Of a stretch of DNA of 64,000 nucleotides, positions 1 through 10,151 are shown one piece after another. The notes beneath the pieces were generated by a model that worked only from the letters and a program-made list of their open reading frames with translations, did no database searches and was not told the origin of the DNA. This DNA is from Candidatus Latescibacterota bacterium (GTDB lineage: Bacteria > Latescibacterota > UBA2968 > UBA8231), in contig CBDCNM010000002.1 in assembly GCA_965219385.1 (NCBI GenBank), forward strand, positions 1,358,936 through 1,422,935, read 5' to 3'. The translations under genes were made by a program, and so were the position numbers. Position 1 is the first letter of the stretch, and every line of letters begins with the position of its first letter.

Positions 1-366
1 GGATGAATAGAGCGGTAAACCAGCCCCGATGCTGAAAATCAGCGCCATGCTCAACAAGCCCGCACTGCGGTATACCGCGGCCAGTATCGGCTGCTGCCGC
101 AATCGGTTCCAGCCCCAGAGCAAAGCCAGAACCGGCAGCACATAGGCCGCGTACCCTGCCCCCGTGAAGGTGCTGTAAGATATATAAGCTCCGAGGTACC
201 CGCCCCAGTTGAGAAGTTCGGCGGGCGAGCGGTTTGAATTGGGAAAATCGCGCACCGAATGAGACACCAGGCTGATGACCAGGAAAATACCCCATGCCAC
301 CAGTAGTACACCACAGGCCTGAGCACCTTTCCCTCTGCCAATGAATCTATCCAATAACTCTCTCAT
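1..366 (-). CDS. ftsK: DNA translocase FtsK, N-terminal membrane domain (runs off window start)
   Basis: Not in the ORF track. Manual translation from ATG at 366 gives MRELLDRFIGRGKGAQACGVLLVAWGIFLVISLVSHSVRDFPNSNRSPAELLNWGGYLGAYISYSTFTGAGYAAYVLPVLALLWGW... The hydrophobic helices and N-x-x-G-x-x-G-A motif match FtsK 4TM domains. Confidence 0.75.
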   Translation of the reverse strand, partial: MRELLDRFIGRGKGAQACGVLLVAWGIFLVISLVSHSVRDFPNSNRSPAELLNWGGYLGAYISYSTFTGAGYAAYVLPVLALLWGWNRLRQQPILAAVYRSAGLLSMALIFSIGAGLPLYSS

Positions 367-487
367 ACCAACCCCATTATTCCGGAAGTACCAAAGGGGA
401 AAGGACAATTTGGATAACGTGGGGATTTTCGTATCGTATGGACTCTAAGGAGAAGAGAGTCCCCTGGGAAAGATTGACTGTCCTGTG

Positions 488-1348
488 CTATGGGGCGCGT
501 CGCACCACTACTTTTTTCATCTGTGAAACCCGGCCCGCCGCACTTGCTGATACATAGACGATATACATACCCGCGGAAACAAAACGGCCCTCCCGATCCT
601 GCCCATCCCATTCTATTTTTCCGCTGGGCCCCACAGAAGAGTCCTTCATCAATTCCCGGATGAGATGACCCTCGATATCGTAAATCCACAGATTCACCAA
701 GGCCGGGGCAGCCGGCAATCTGTAGCTGAGCACTAGCCGGTGTGAAAACGGGTTCGGTTCGGCCCTTAATTCGATGCGTTCACCCCCGAACCGACGCTGT
801 TCGTACACGCTGTTGAGGCGGCCGGGAGTGCCGCCTTCGACGAGCGCTTTTCCCCAGTTGTCGGACTTTGCAGCTTCCTTCAGATCGATTTTTTCCCAGG
901 AAAATCCCGGCCGCGTCACCGGCTGGTAGCGCAAGACTTCCACCGTATCCCCTCCGGCATTGCACAGGATTACAGCTCCTTCCCTGCTATTGGGCCAGCC
1001 AGTGCGGCCAAAGGCCCTGTCCTGGATAGTGAGCAAAACCACAGCTTCGTGCAGGTCCTCCTCATAGGCTGTCGAGTGGTCGAAGTAGCTGCGATCCAGC
1101 ACCAGGGCAAACTGTCCGGGCCGCAGGGCCAGACCTGCTCCTTTGTCCACCAGCGAATCGAGTTCTTCTTCGTCGCCCAAACGCCAGCCGTCCAGGATCA
1201 CTGTTTCAACCTCACTGGTATTGACCAGTTCTACGTACTCGTCGTGGTGATCTAGGCCAAGGGGGTTGTACATCACTTCACTGAGCACCACCCGGGCTTG
1301 AACCGGACCGAGCAAGCCCATGAACACTACAATCAGTACGGCATACAT
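488..1348 (-). CDS. Secreted lamin-tail domain protein with C-terminal FlgD Ig-like domain
   Basis: Signal peptide MYAVLIVVFMGLLGPVQA, lamin-tail motif VVLSEVMYNP...EYVELVN, C-terminal PNPF...IYDIEG...WDG...GMYIV. Start placed at the ATG overlapping the upstream stop (ATGA). Confidence 0.8.
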   Translation of the reverse strand: MYAVLIVVFMGLLGPVQARVVLSEVMYNPLGLDHHDEYVELVNTSEVETVILDGWRLGDEEELDSLVDKGAGLALRPGQFALVLDRSYFDHSTAYEEDLHEAVVLLTIQDRAFGRTGWPNSREGAVILCNAGGDTVEVLRYQPVTRPGFSWEKIDLKEAAKSDNWGKALVEGGTPGRLNSVYEQRRFGGERIELRAEPNPFSHRLVLSYRLPAAPALVNLWIYDIEGHLIRELMKDSSVGPSGKIEWDGQDREGRFVSAGMYIVYVSASAAGRVSQMKKVVVRRAP

Positions 1349-3519
1349 CAGATCATCCCACAACGTTTGCGCACAAACCATTCCAGGCCCAACAGCAGAA
1401 CCACTACCCCGACGAGCCATTGCTGGCTCCACAGCGAGAAGACGCTCGCCTGCTCTACCAGGCGCTTCTGCAAGGCCAGCAACTCCAGGATCTCACGCCA
1501 TTCGTCCAGGTCGCGATAGCGGCCTCCGCTGACCCGGGCCATCTCGCCCAACACTACCTTGTTGGCTCGCACGTCAACGGATTCAATGCTGTGCTGTTCA
1601 ACGATAAACCGGCCCTCGTCTTTACCGATGAGGGTATCTCCTGCATAAGCCACGGTTGTGTAATGATAGTCGCCGGGAGCCAGGCCCGTCCAGGTGCCCT
1701 GATAATGCCCTCCTCCCTGATCCTGAAGTTGGAATTCCAGATCTTCTCCGTCCACCATGACCTGTACGGTGGCAGCGCTCTGCGGACGCAGAAGTTCGTC
1801 GAAGACCTGGCCGGCAAAGACGACCTCCTCTCCTGCGCGATAGATATGCTGTTCCGTCGATACCCGCACGCGACCCGCTGGTGTCTGGATAGCCAGCCAC
1901 TTGACAGCATTCCGCCAGAAATTCCGGATGGTCTGCGGCCGTCCTCCAACTCCACTGCTCAGTAAATCGAGACGCCAGAAGGTAGCCGACAAAGCTGCTA
2001 TGACCTTGCCCTGACCGTAGAATCCGGCCAGGATAACCGCAGGTCGATCCCCCCTTTGCCCTTCTACCAGGATCATGGCTCCCTGCCTTTTCCGGGTAAT
2101 GGGAAAGTAGCCTAACAGGGGCGGCAATTGCGTCCAGGGGTCCACTCCCACCTCCAATTCTGCCTCTTGAAGACGAACCACTGGATGATGGCGACCTTCC
2201 GGACTCGGCCTCAGGAAGACCTCCTGGGGCACAAACCGCGTCCTAGGCTTTTCAATCACAGCCGGAAGGATCTGCGCAACAGGGGTATTGGGATCCCAGT
2301 TTTTGTAGGTCTTTGGTCCGCCAATAAACAACAGTCCGGTCCCGGCACCTACCCTCTCTTTAATAGCACTACCCATGCTTCCCATTAGTGAGCTTTTTTC
2401 CTGATTCAGAAGGATCACCACATCCACTCCCGTCAATCTTTCCTGGAGCTTAGGACCCTTCTGGTAAAACTCTCCAACTCCTTTTTTCCGTACTGCTGTC
2501 CGCACTACAATGGTGGAATCCGCTGCCAGGCTGCGCTGCAGAAAGGCCAGGTCAGGACTTGGGCCTCCCGCTCCCAGTAGAACCTGGATCCGCTCCTCCA
2601 GTATGCGCGTAAAGACCAGGGCCTCGTTGTTGTCATGGAAGAATTCTCCTCCTTTGTGTGGCACCACCAGTCGGTATATATGAGGGCCGGCGGTGGTGGG
2701 CAGAACCTCAAAGGATACAGGCTGTACCAGATTGTCGCCCGCCAGAGTAATACTCTGCCGACCTATCACCTCTTTGCCTTCGTAGAGCAGAACCTCTACG
2801 GCTTGATCCGTATAACCCCAACTGCACAGTCCAGCTTCTATCCGCAAACCATGCCCCACATAACCGGTCTCCTCCGTCTTTGCCCGCACAATCTGTATAT
2901 CGGCCGGATTTTCCTCGCTGCCGACTCCCAGAGCATATACGGGTATCCCTATTTCTTGCGCTACTCTGGTCGGATCCTCGCCCAGGTTGTGCATCCCATC
3001 AGAGATCAACAGAATGCTCTCGAGGTTTTTGCGATCAGGTGCCTTCTCCAGACCTTTGAGCAAAGCGCTGGCAAGATCTGTAGCCTGTCCTTCGATTTGT
3101 ACCGTACTCAGGGTATCCAGTGCGATCCTATAGGGCGTTTCCGCAAAGCCACAGGCCACGACCTCAGCCCGATCAAAAGCCTTGCGAAAATCTCCATGAT
3201 TCAGCACTTCCTGTACCTGTTCCAGGCGTTGAATACCTTCTTCTTCCATCGCCATACTTGGACTTGTATCCACCAGAATCAACAGCAGCGGACTCACCAC
3301 TTGTTTACTCCACAATCCAAGGATCGGTTCAGCCAGAATCAATAACAACAAGCCGACCACGAGGCTGCGCACCGCGATCAAACCGGAACGCAAAACTCGA
3401 TCGGTCGGTGGTTGGGTTTGCCGATAAATATAGTAGGTAAGACCCAGCGCTACCGGAAGCAAGACCAAAAATACCTCGTCCCCCTCCAGATTAATACTGA
3501 GGTCCAGCCATTCAGACAT
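1348..3519 (-). CDS. Membrane protein with vWA domain and glutamine-amidotransferase-like domain
   Basis: N-terminal TM helices, MIDAS DTSPSM, ISDG motif, GLLFIGG segment, C-terminal TM ending EWFVRKR. Confidence 0.8.
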   Translation of the reverse strand: MSEWLDLSINLEGDEVFLVLLPVALGLTYYIYRQTQPPTDRVLRSGLIAVRSLVVGLLLLILAEPILGLWSKQVVSPLLLILVDTSPSMAMEEEGIQRLEQVQEVLNHGDFRKAFDRAEVVACGFAETPYRIALDTLSTVQIEGQATDLASALLKGLEKAPDRKNLESILLISDGMHNLGEDPTRVAQEIGIPVYALGVGSEENPADIQIVRAKTEETGYVGHGLRIEAGLCSWGYTDQAVEVLLYEGKEVIGRQSITLAGDNLVQPVSFEVLPTTAGPHIYRLVVPHKGGEFFHDNNEALVFTRILEERIQVLLGAGGPSPDLAFLQRSLAADSTIVVRTAVRKKGVGEFYQKGPKLQERLTGVDVVILLNQEKSSLMGSMGSAIKERVGAGTGLLFIGGPKTYKNWDPNTPVAQILPAVIEKPRTRFVPQEVFLRPSPEGRHHPVVRLQEAELEVGVDPWTQLPPLLGYFPITRKRQGAMILVEGQRGDRPAVILAGFYGQGKVIAALSATFWRLDLLSSGVGGRPQTIRNFWRNAVKWLAIQTPAGRVRVSTEQHIYRAGEEVVFAGQVFDELLRPQSAATVQVMVDGEDLEFQLQDQGGGHYQGTWTGLAPGDYHYTTVAYAGDTLIGKDEGRFIVEQHSIESVDVRANKVVLGEMARVSGGRYRDLDEWREILELLALQKRLVEQASVFSLWSQQWLVGVVVLLLGLEWFVRKRCGMI

Positions 3520-3539
3520 GCCGTGGGAAGCTTTCTTAC

Positions 3540-4550
3540 CTACAAGCTTAGACGGGGAGTTGCATCTAAATCAAAGGTGGCCCGCTCACCATGGGAGAGA
3601 TGGTACAGACCTGCAGCCGCGATCATCGCAGCGTTATCGGTGCAAAGCACCGGGGAAGGATAGTACAGCTGACCGCTTCTGGCGTCCACTGCGTCTTGCA
3701 AACACCTGCGCAAGCTGTGATTGGCCGCTACACCACCGGCCAGGGCAACGACCTCAATACCTGTATGCTCCATGGCTTTGACGGTCTTGCCGACCAGTGA
3801 GTCCACTACCGCAGCCTGAAAACTGGCAGCTATATCGGGTAACTGTTCGGCAAGTTCGTCCGCACTCAGCCCGCGCACATGGTTCAGGACGGCCGTCTTT
3901 AAACCGCTGAAGCTGAAGTCAAAACCACTGTGTTGATCCAGCGCCCTGGGAAACCTGATAGCCTGAGGATCGCCTTTCTCTGCCAGTTCCGCCACCACTT
4001 TGCCTCCCATAACCACTCCTTGAGGAGGCAATAAATGGAGCAACTTTGCTACTTTGTCAAACGCTTCCCCTGCTGCATCATCGCGGGTTTTCCCGAGGAT
4101 CTCGTACTCGCCCAGACGAGGTACCACCACCAGCTCTGTATGCCCTCCCGAAACCAGCAGGGCCAGCAAAGGGAATTCAATATCGTGTTCAATCAGATTG
4201 GAGAAAATATGACCTTCCAGGTGGTGCACTCCAATCAGGGCCTTGTGGGTCGCCAGGGCCAAGGCTTTAGCAACGGATAAACCAACAATCAACGATCCTA
4301 CCAGACCCGGCCCCTTTGTGACCGCGATGCCGTCCAGGGTGGCGAAATCGATTTTTGCAACCGCAAGGGCTTCTCTGACTACCGGAACAATCCTACGGGT
4401 GTGGGCCCGCGATGCCAGTTCCGGGACGACCCCTCCGTAGCGGGCGTGCTCCTGTTGGGAAAACACAATATTAGAATGCACCGCATAGGTCTGATCAACC
4501 ACCGCCGCGGAGGTCTCGTCACAAGAGGTCTCTATACCCAGTACCAACAT
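3540..4550 (-). CDS. tsaD: tRNA N6-adenosine threonylcarbamoyltransferase TsaD
   Basis: GIETSCDET, GGVVPELASRAH, HHLEGH, VSGGHT, DDAAGEAFDK, FSFSGLKT, CTDNAAMIA. Confidence 0.98.
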   Translation of the reverse strand: MLVLGIETSCDETSAAVVDQTYAVHSNIVFSQQEHARYGGVVPELASRAHTRRIVPVVREALAVAKIDFATLDGIAVTKGPGLVGSLIVGLSVAKALALATHKALIGVHHLEGHIFSNLIEHDIEFPLLALLVSGGHTELVVVPRLGEYEILGKTRDDAAGEAFDKVAKLLHLLPPQGVVMGGKVVAELAEKGDPQAIRFPRALDQHSGFDFSFSGLKTAVLNHVRGLSADELAEQLPDIAASFQAAVVDSLVGKTVKAMEHTGIEVVALAGGVAANHSLRRCLQDAVDARSGQLYYPSPVLCTDNAAMIAAAGLYHLSHGERATFDLDATPRLSL

Positions 4551-4594
4551 TAAACAAAGCCTTGTCGTGCTGATTTTTGTACAGGCTCTTTACC

Positions 4595-5527
4595 TCAGCG
4601 CTCCACCAGATCAACCTGTGGAGGCACGATTTCTCTTATCTCAAACAGGCTGTCATGCGCTGCGAGCACAAGCAAACTTTGACCATCGAAGTCTCTGTAA
4701 TCCACGTATAAATCCAGATCCTTCTCAGGGTCCAGATTGGCTATGATATCGACCCCTCCCTTCACCGTCACCTTTACCTGCGCGGGCTCGGGAATGACAC
4801 TTCGCCCTCTAGCATGGCGTACCTGCACTGGAACATCGGCAATATCATTCTCAGCCAGTATCTGGACATCGACCTCCAGGGTGACATGCGTCGGAGTCAG
4901 GTCAAGACGCATACCATCCGGTGCGCGCAAACGCAGCTTTTCCTCTATATCCTCTCGAACGTTTCTCAGGTGAAGTGAGTCCGTCTCGATGAACTCTACT
5001 CGGTGAATTTGAGTACTTGGACCGGAGATTTCGACTTTTCTGGGCTCTATGCTGATGCCTCCAACCTGAGCATAGGCTTCGGCGATCTCCAGCTCGACAA
5101 GCGGTATTACCTCGACCCTCCGCTCTGCTCGTCTGTCCAGGACAATCTCTATTTCCTTGGGATCGAGGATCTCCTCGATCTGCACATCCAGTCCTGCGGT
5201 GCTGTTTTCTACATTGGCTGGTGTTAGCCTGTAGGAGCGCACGCTGCCTGGATTCCCCTCTGGCTTAAGATGCAAGAGAAAATCATCGCCATTCAGCCGC
5301 AGCAATCCTTTACCCTGCCCGGAAACCAGCGCCTGCACGTGGGTTCGCAGCGGATTTGCAACGATAATTTCTTCTGAAGACGGTTCTGAAGGTGGATCCT
5401 GTACATTTAGCCGAATATCTACTTTTTTCTCGTAGGGATGTTCTGTTACCGCGTGGAACCAAAGAAGTACAGCAAGGGCCAGCGCTCCTGCCTTAATACC
5501 CCAGTCCGTCAGATTGTTCTTCTTCAA
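4595..5527 (-). CDS. YbbR-like (CdaR family) protein
   Basis: N-terminal K..ALALAVLLWFH anchor followed by repeated P..V.V.G beta modules. Confidence 0.8.
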   Translation of the reverse strand: MKKNNLTDWGIKAGALALAVLLWFHAVTEHPYEKKVDIRLNVQDPPSEPSSEEIIVANPLRTHVQALVSGQGKGLLRLNGDDFLLHLKPEGNPGSVRSYRLTPANVENSTAGLDVQIEEILDPKEIEIVLDRRAERRVEVIPLVELEIAEAYAQVGGISIEPRKVEISGPSTQIHRVEFIETDSLHLRNVREDIEEKLRLRAPDGMRLDLTPTHVTLEVDVQILAENDIADVPVQVRHARGRSVIPEPAQVKVTVKGGVDIIANLDPEKDLDLYVDYRDFDGQSLLVLAAHDSLFEIREIVPPQVDLVER

Positions 5528-5542
5528 CTAGCGCCTTAAAGA

Positions 5543-5573
5543 GAAGAAAAGGCTCCTATAAAAAAGGAGCCTT
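5543..5573 (-). terminator. Probable intrinsic terminator
   Basis: Inverted repeat aaggctcct/aggagcctt followed on the minus strand by ttttctt. Confidence 0.55.
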
Positions 5574-5658
5574 ATAAACTGTGCCTTAGGCCACACCCCG
5601 AAAAAGCATCTTGCAAAAGGGCTCAAGATGATCAATAATGGATCGGTAAATAGACTCT

Positions 5659-5853
5659 TTATTTATAGGATTCCTTGATCTCCTTACCTGTACTCAATTC
5701 TCCATTATCGATCCTCAAGTGAAATCCGCACTCTGGATTGGTGCAAACCCACGCTTTAAAATGAATCGCAGCCCCATCCCTGCCATAATCGGAAAGCGGA
5801 ACCAGTACTCCCTCAGGACAAGCCTTACACGTCGGCAAACTGTTGATTACCAT
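5659..5853 (-). CDS. Small zinc-ribbon protein
   Basis: CKAC and CTNPEC cysteine pairs in 64 aa; strong RBS (ggaggggggg). Confidence 0.7.
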   Translation of the reverse strand: MVINSLPTCKACPEGVLVPLSDYGRDGAAIHFKAWVCTNPECGFHLRIDNGELSTGKEIKESYK

Positions 5854-5978
5854 CCTTAACCCCCCCTCCCTTAGTGGTGATTCAGGATTTGTGAGTGAAT
5901 AAATCTAGGACTTAATGGTTTATTTATGCAACATCAGCAAGTGCTATTTCTCCAATTTAGATACTCCATCTTTAGATG

Positions 5979-6494
5979 TCAACTCCAAAGCAAAGCTTTC
6001 TTGTCGACCGGGAAATCTTTCAGGTGATTTGCATACTCGTGAATAACTGCTTCCTGCTCCATCGTTTCGACGGAGCCAGGCCGTCTCTGTCGAACCTCTG
6101 CCAGAGCGTCTGGGGCCGCGTAGCCCTGGCCGACCAGATAACACGCTAGCATGGTTCCGGTGCGTCCCATGCCGGCCCCGCAATGTACAACCACGGGCCG
6201 CTCCTCGTTTTGTGAAGTCTTGACAAAATCCATAAACCGGAAAATATCTTCGAGAACCGGCGGATGCATATCCATGATGGGCAGATGCAAATAAGCCATG
6301 TCTTTTGCCCGGACGGACTCCTCTTTGAGAGACTGCTCAGTCAGGGTGACAATAGCACGAACCCCCTGCTTTTGTAATAGATCCAGATCCGCTTCCAGTT
6401 TCTCCCGACCAATCCCCAGGTCGCAATCACAGCCTCCAGGTTGTCCTGTACCAGCTATCCGTTCTGGTACGAGCCAGCTAAAATTTATCAGCAC
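5979..6494 (-). CDS. Dual-specificity protein phosphatase family protein
   Basis: HCGAGMGRTGT (CX5R) active site, NFSW N-terminus, RPGSVET..Q. Confidence 0.92.
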   Translation of the reverse strand: MLINFSWLVPERIAGTGQPGGCDCDLGIGREKLEADLDLLQKQGVRAIVTLTEQSLKEESVRAKDMAYLHLPIMDMHPPVLEDIFRFMDFVKTSQNEERPVVVHCGAGMGRTGTMLACYLVGQGYAAPDALAEVRQRRPGSVETMEQEAVIHEYANHLKDFPVDKKALLWS

Positions 6495-6497
6495 AAC

Positions 6498-6938
6498 TCA
6501 GGTCCTCGCAAAAGCCGTCTGAGGTCCTTCTACCCAAAATGATCCATCTCCGCCTACTTCCTTCTTCCAGATAGGTACCGTTTCTTTGAGGCGGTCAATG
6601 ACGTAACGACAGGCCTCAAAAGCTTCGGCGCGATGCGGGCTGGCTACGGCAATCAGTACACTGATCTCGCCAATTTCCAATCGACCTACCCGGTGCAAAA
6701 CAGCGACATCTTCGATGTCCCACTGTTTTTGGGCTTGCAAACCGATCTCGGCCATCTTTTTCTCGGCCATTTCTTTGTAGGCTTCATAAACCAGAAAATC
6801 GGTAAGCTTATCGCCTGAATGATTGCGTACCACCCCGCAAAAAGTCACCACAGCACCGTTGTAATCCTTTAATACCTCGTCGTACAGGGCATCTGAGGTT
6901 ATCGGCTCTTCGACGATCTTGAACACCTCAACCTCCAC
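6498..6938 (-). CDS. moaE: Molybdopterin synthase catalytic subunit
   Basis: GAVVTFCGVVR, YEAY..MA, HRVG.L.IGE, HRAEAF, PIWKKE. Confidence 0.96.
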   Translation of the reverse strand: MEVEVFKIVEEPITSDALYDEVLKDYNGAVVTFCGVVRNHSGDKLTDFLVYEAYKEMAEKKMAEIGLQAQKQWDIEDVAVLHRVGRLEIGEISVLIAVASPHRAEAFEACRYVIDRLKETVPIWKKEVGGDGSFWVEGPQTAFART

Positions 6939-7173
6939 TTACAGGGGGAATAAGCGCCACTTCATCCCCGTCGTGAAGCACGGTCCAATCATCCGCGTAG
7001 TCTGCATTGACGGCAACGGAAAGGACGTTTTGGAGGTTTGCCAGATCCGGATATTGATCCAGCAAGCCGTGTTTGAGATCCCCAACCGTGGCCCCTTCCA
7101 CAACCCTAATTTCGGTTTCCTTACAGCCTGCTATTTCGCTGCAACTAGCAAAGAACAAAACCTTGATCTTCAT
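6928..7173 (-). CDS. moaD: Molybdopterin synthase sulfur carrier subunit
   Basis: KVLFFA start and DGDEVALIPPVSGG C-terminus; adjacent to moaE. Confidence 0.95.
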   Translation of the reverse strand: MKIKVLFFASCSEIAGCKETEIRVVEGATVGDLKHGLLDQYPDLANLQNVLSVAVNADYADDWTVLHDGDEVALIPPVSGG

Positions 7174-7249
7174 ACCACAACAAACCTGTGTGCTCATGTA
7201 CTTATTTGCAATATAACTTAAACATAAAACCAGCGCAAGATCAGCTTCG

Positions 7250-7969
7250 TTAAGGGTGTTCGAACTCGGCTAAGCCGCTAATAAACCGCATGATACGCAA
7301 CGCGTCTCCCGCCGAAATTCCTGCTATGCCGTTTACGTCAGCGGCAGCCTCCACGATTTCGACATCCTCGCCAGCAACAAACCGCAGTATTCGAATAGCA
7401 TCTCTCAGGGAAACGAAGCCATCTCCATTGGCATCCCCGAGTTGTAAGACTTCAACCTTGTTGATCTCAATGGTCTTCATCAGAGCGTCGGCGTCGAATA
7501 CATCTCTTTCTGTCGCAGACGATCCCACTGAGATCTGAGTTAGCGATATTTCAGCCGCGGTGCCATCTGTAAAACCGTCCGCCGTTTTCAAAGTGAAAGT
7601 GCCGAATTCGAAACCATCACCCGAGAACTTATCCCCAAAAGCCCCAAAAGTTCCTGCTCCAGCCTCCACCGTTCCATTGGAGGTTAGAAGTAGAGGAATC
7701 CAGGCCGGATCGGATGTTTCAAAGGTAGTTGCTTCGAGATCGAAAGCCGTGGCCGGCCGAACCTCGAGTGTGATCGAGTAGGACTTCAACCCCTGGAGAC
7801 CGTCCCCTGTTATAACCACTTCGAGTGAATCACCCGGCCCTACGGATACGAATTCATCAGGAGTGATCGAAAACAGCGCTCCGGCATTATCCCCTGCGAA
7901 AACAGCGCCACCCATTGCCAGCAAGACGGCAAGAGCAGGTGGCAATGCTTTACCTACACTGTTCCGCAT
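7250..7969 (-). CDS. Secreted protein: cohesin-like beta domain plus C-terminal dockerin
   Basis: Signal peptide MRNSVGKALPPALAVLLAMGGAVFA; dockerin GDANGDGFVSLRDAIRILRF...ADVNGIAGISAGDALRIMRF. Confidence 0.8.
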   Translation of the reverse strand: MRNSVGKALPPALAVLLAMGGAVFAGDNAGALFSITPDEFVSVGPGDSLEVVITGDGLQGLKSYSITLEVRPATAFDLEATTFETSDPAWIPLLLTSNGTVEAGAGTFGAFGDKFSGDGFEFGTFTLKTADGFTDGTAAEISLTQISVGSSATERDVFDADALMKTIEINKVEVLQLGDANGDGFVSLRDAIRILRFVAGEDVEIVEAAADVNGIAGISAGDALRIMRFISGLAEFEHP

Positions 7970-8075
7970 TATCTTGTCTCCTATTTCTTTCGTCATTAGT
8001 GGTTTCACAACACACCCACTCCATTGTTTGGCCCCAAATTCCTGTTTAACGCTGCGTTACTAAAAATTTTAAGGC

Positions 8076-8112
8076 AAAAAGAACAGGGCCGTTGAAATAT
8101 TCAACGACCCTG
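8076..8112 (-). terminator. Intrinsic terminator after the 664-aa gene
   Basis: Hairpin cagggccgttgaa/ttcaacgaccctg followed on the minus strand by ttcttttt. Confidence 0.7.
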
Positions 8113-8138
8113 ATTCCATGTTGCCCAACCCAGAAGAT

Positions 8139-10133
8139 TTATTGCAATAAGGTCATCTTTTTCTCTGAAGTGAAATTGTTTACTCGCAGCTGATAAAAAT
8201 ACACTCCGCTACCAACCTTAATGCCGTTTTCATCCAGGGCGTCCCAAATCAACTGGTGGTGCCCTACCCTCATGGGCTGGGATTGAGCCAGGGTGCGGAC
8301 TACCTGACCCTTGAGGTCAAAGATAGTCAGGGTCACCGGGGCCTCTTCCGCCAGATCAAAAGAGATGATGGTTTCGGGGTTGAACGGATTGGGGAAGTTC
8401 TGCCACAGAGCATGAGCTGTGGGTCGTTGCACAGCTGATAAATTGAGCTCGATTACATCGCTTCGTGCCGATTTCCCATCCAGGTCCAACTGTTTCAGGT
8501 AGTAGTAGACAACATCCACCGGGGGCAGATCCTTGTCTACAAAACTATACATCCTGAATCCATCCACTGTACCATCTCCCGGGACCAGGTCACCTACCTG
8601 ATCGAAACCGATCAGGTCAACGCTGCGGTATACCTCCCAGCCCAGGTTGTTCGTCTGCGAAGCTACAGTCCACTGCAAAAATGCTTCGCGTTCGAGGGTA
8701 TACTCGGCTGTGATACTGGCCAACTCGGCTACTACCGGCACATCCCACGTGGCGCTGAAGGAGACTTCGAGAGTCCGGCTCATACCATTGGAATCATCCG
8801 CAGTAGCACTGGCCGTCACTAATATGCTGGTGGTACCTGCGGCTCTACTACTTACCCCGGAGTCGAAGGTCACCGAGCCCAAGCCATCCGAGCCCGTGGC
8901 CGCCGTCACCTCTTCAGTGGTGCTGGCCCCAATCTCCAATTCCACAGGAGCCACCAGGTAAACCGTTTCTGAGCCAGCGTTGGTGATCTCCCAGAGGATC
9001 GGCTGGCCGGAGCCGGGCTCTTCAGTATTATCGGTAAAACTCACGGAAAGGGTGACCTCGCCCTCACTGCCATCGAGGTTGTTTCCCGAACTTAGGGGTG
9101 AATAAGAGACACTGAAATCGGTCTCCGAAGTGGCGGTCAGAGCGGGCTCAATGACCGGTACGTAGGTGAAGGTTTGAGGCCCGGAGGGCTGCCCATCCGG
9201 GTTGGTCACCACCACGTTCACCTCACCCGTGCCTGGGGGGGAGACCGCGGTCAGGCTCGTGGCATCCACAAAGGCCACGTCCGAAGAGGCGGTCTCGCCG
9301 AAGGTGACGGTGGCCCCCTCCGCGAAACCCGCACCGGTAATCGTCACCAGTTGGCCGCCGGTTGCAAACCCTGAGGCCGGGTCGATACCAGTCACTGCAG
9401 GCGGCGAAGTGAGGTAGGTGAAGGTTTGAGGCCCGGAGGACTTTCCATCCGGGTTGGTCACCACCACGTCCACCGCACCCTCCGTGCCTGGGGGGGAGAC
9501 CGCGGTCAGGCTCGTGGCATCCACAAGGGTCACGGTCGGCGAGGCGGTCTCGCCGAAGGTGACGGTGGCCCCCTCCGCGAAATCCACACCGATAATCGTC
9601 ACCAGTTGGCCGCCGGCTTCAACCCCTGAGGCCGGGTCTAGAGCGGTCACGGTAGGCGGCCTATTGATGACGGTAATCTTGCCGTTCGCAGCAGTGAACT
9701 CGATCGCCTCTTCATTTGCATCCAAGAGCTCTCCGACCTGGAGTTCGAGGGTTATATCCCCTTCCGGAGCGTTCTCCGCGATCAGAAAAGTAATATCCAC
9801 GATAGAGCCACTGCCCGGATCGGGAGCAGGGAACCGAGCAGCAGTAACGCGGATCTCGTTTTCGAGCGCGGGGTTTACTATGGCACTAAAGCTATTGCCA
9901 AAATCCGTTGCTACAGCAGTGACCACAGACAGCTTCGTTTCATCATAGAGAACCGAGAGCCCCAAACCACTTATCCCTGCGTCGGTATTGAGCAGGAGAT
10001 TGACACTTACCTCCTGTCCGGGATTTCCTGAAGCTTCTGTCACGCTGAGATCTGTTGCTGCTGCAGCCTGGGAGACAAACCCTATCAAAGAAAGAACCGC
10101 AGCAAATCCGACATATCTCAATTTAAACCTCAT
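8139..10133 (-). CDS. Secreted cohesin + 2x IPT/TIG + FlgD Ig-like protein
   Basis: Signal peptide; cohesin pattern GNPGQEVSVNL...LYDETKL...GSIVDITF; two P.VT.IDP.SG...GG..VTI.G.F repeats; QNFPNPFNPET...GVYFYQL. Confidence 0.85.
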   Translation of the reverse strand: MRFKLRYVGFAAVLSLIGFVSQAAAATDLSVTEASGNPGQEVSVNLLLNTDAGISGLGLSVLYDETKLSVVTAVATDFGNSFSAIVNPALENEIRVTAARFPAPDPGSGSIVDITFLIAENAPEGDITLELQVGELLDANEEAIEFTAANGKITVINRPPTVTALDPASGVEAGGQLVTIIGVDFAEGATVTFGETASPTVTLVDATSLTAVSPPGTEGAVDVVVTNPDGKSSGPQTFTYLTSPPAVTGIDPASGFATGGQLVTITGAGFAEGATVTFGETASSDVAFVDATSLTAVSPPGTGEVNVVVTNPDGQPSGPQTFTYVPVIEPALTATSETDFSVSYSPLSSGNNLDGSEGEVTLSVSFTDNTEEPGSGQPILWEITNAGSETVYLVAPVELEIGASTTEEVTAATGSDGLGSVTFDSGVSSRAAGTTSILVTASATADDSNGMSRTLEVSFSATWDVPVVAELASITAEYTLEREAFLQWTVASQTNNLGWEVYRSVDLIGFDQVGDLVPGDGTVDGFRMYSFVDKDLPPVDVVYYYLKQLDLDGKSARSDVIELNLSAVQRPTAHALWQNFPNPFNPETIISFDLAEEAPVTLTIFDLKGQVVRTLAQSQPMRVGHHQLIWDALDENGIKVGSGVYFYQLRVNNFTSEKKMTLLQ

Positions 10134-10151
10134 TGTAGTTCTTCCTTTCTT

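Noticed and set aside
51..341. 96-aa ORF from the track
   Set aside because: Wrong frame; the overlapping frame from 366 gives an FtsK-like membrane domain.
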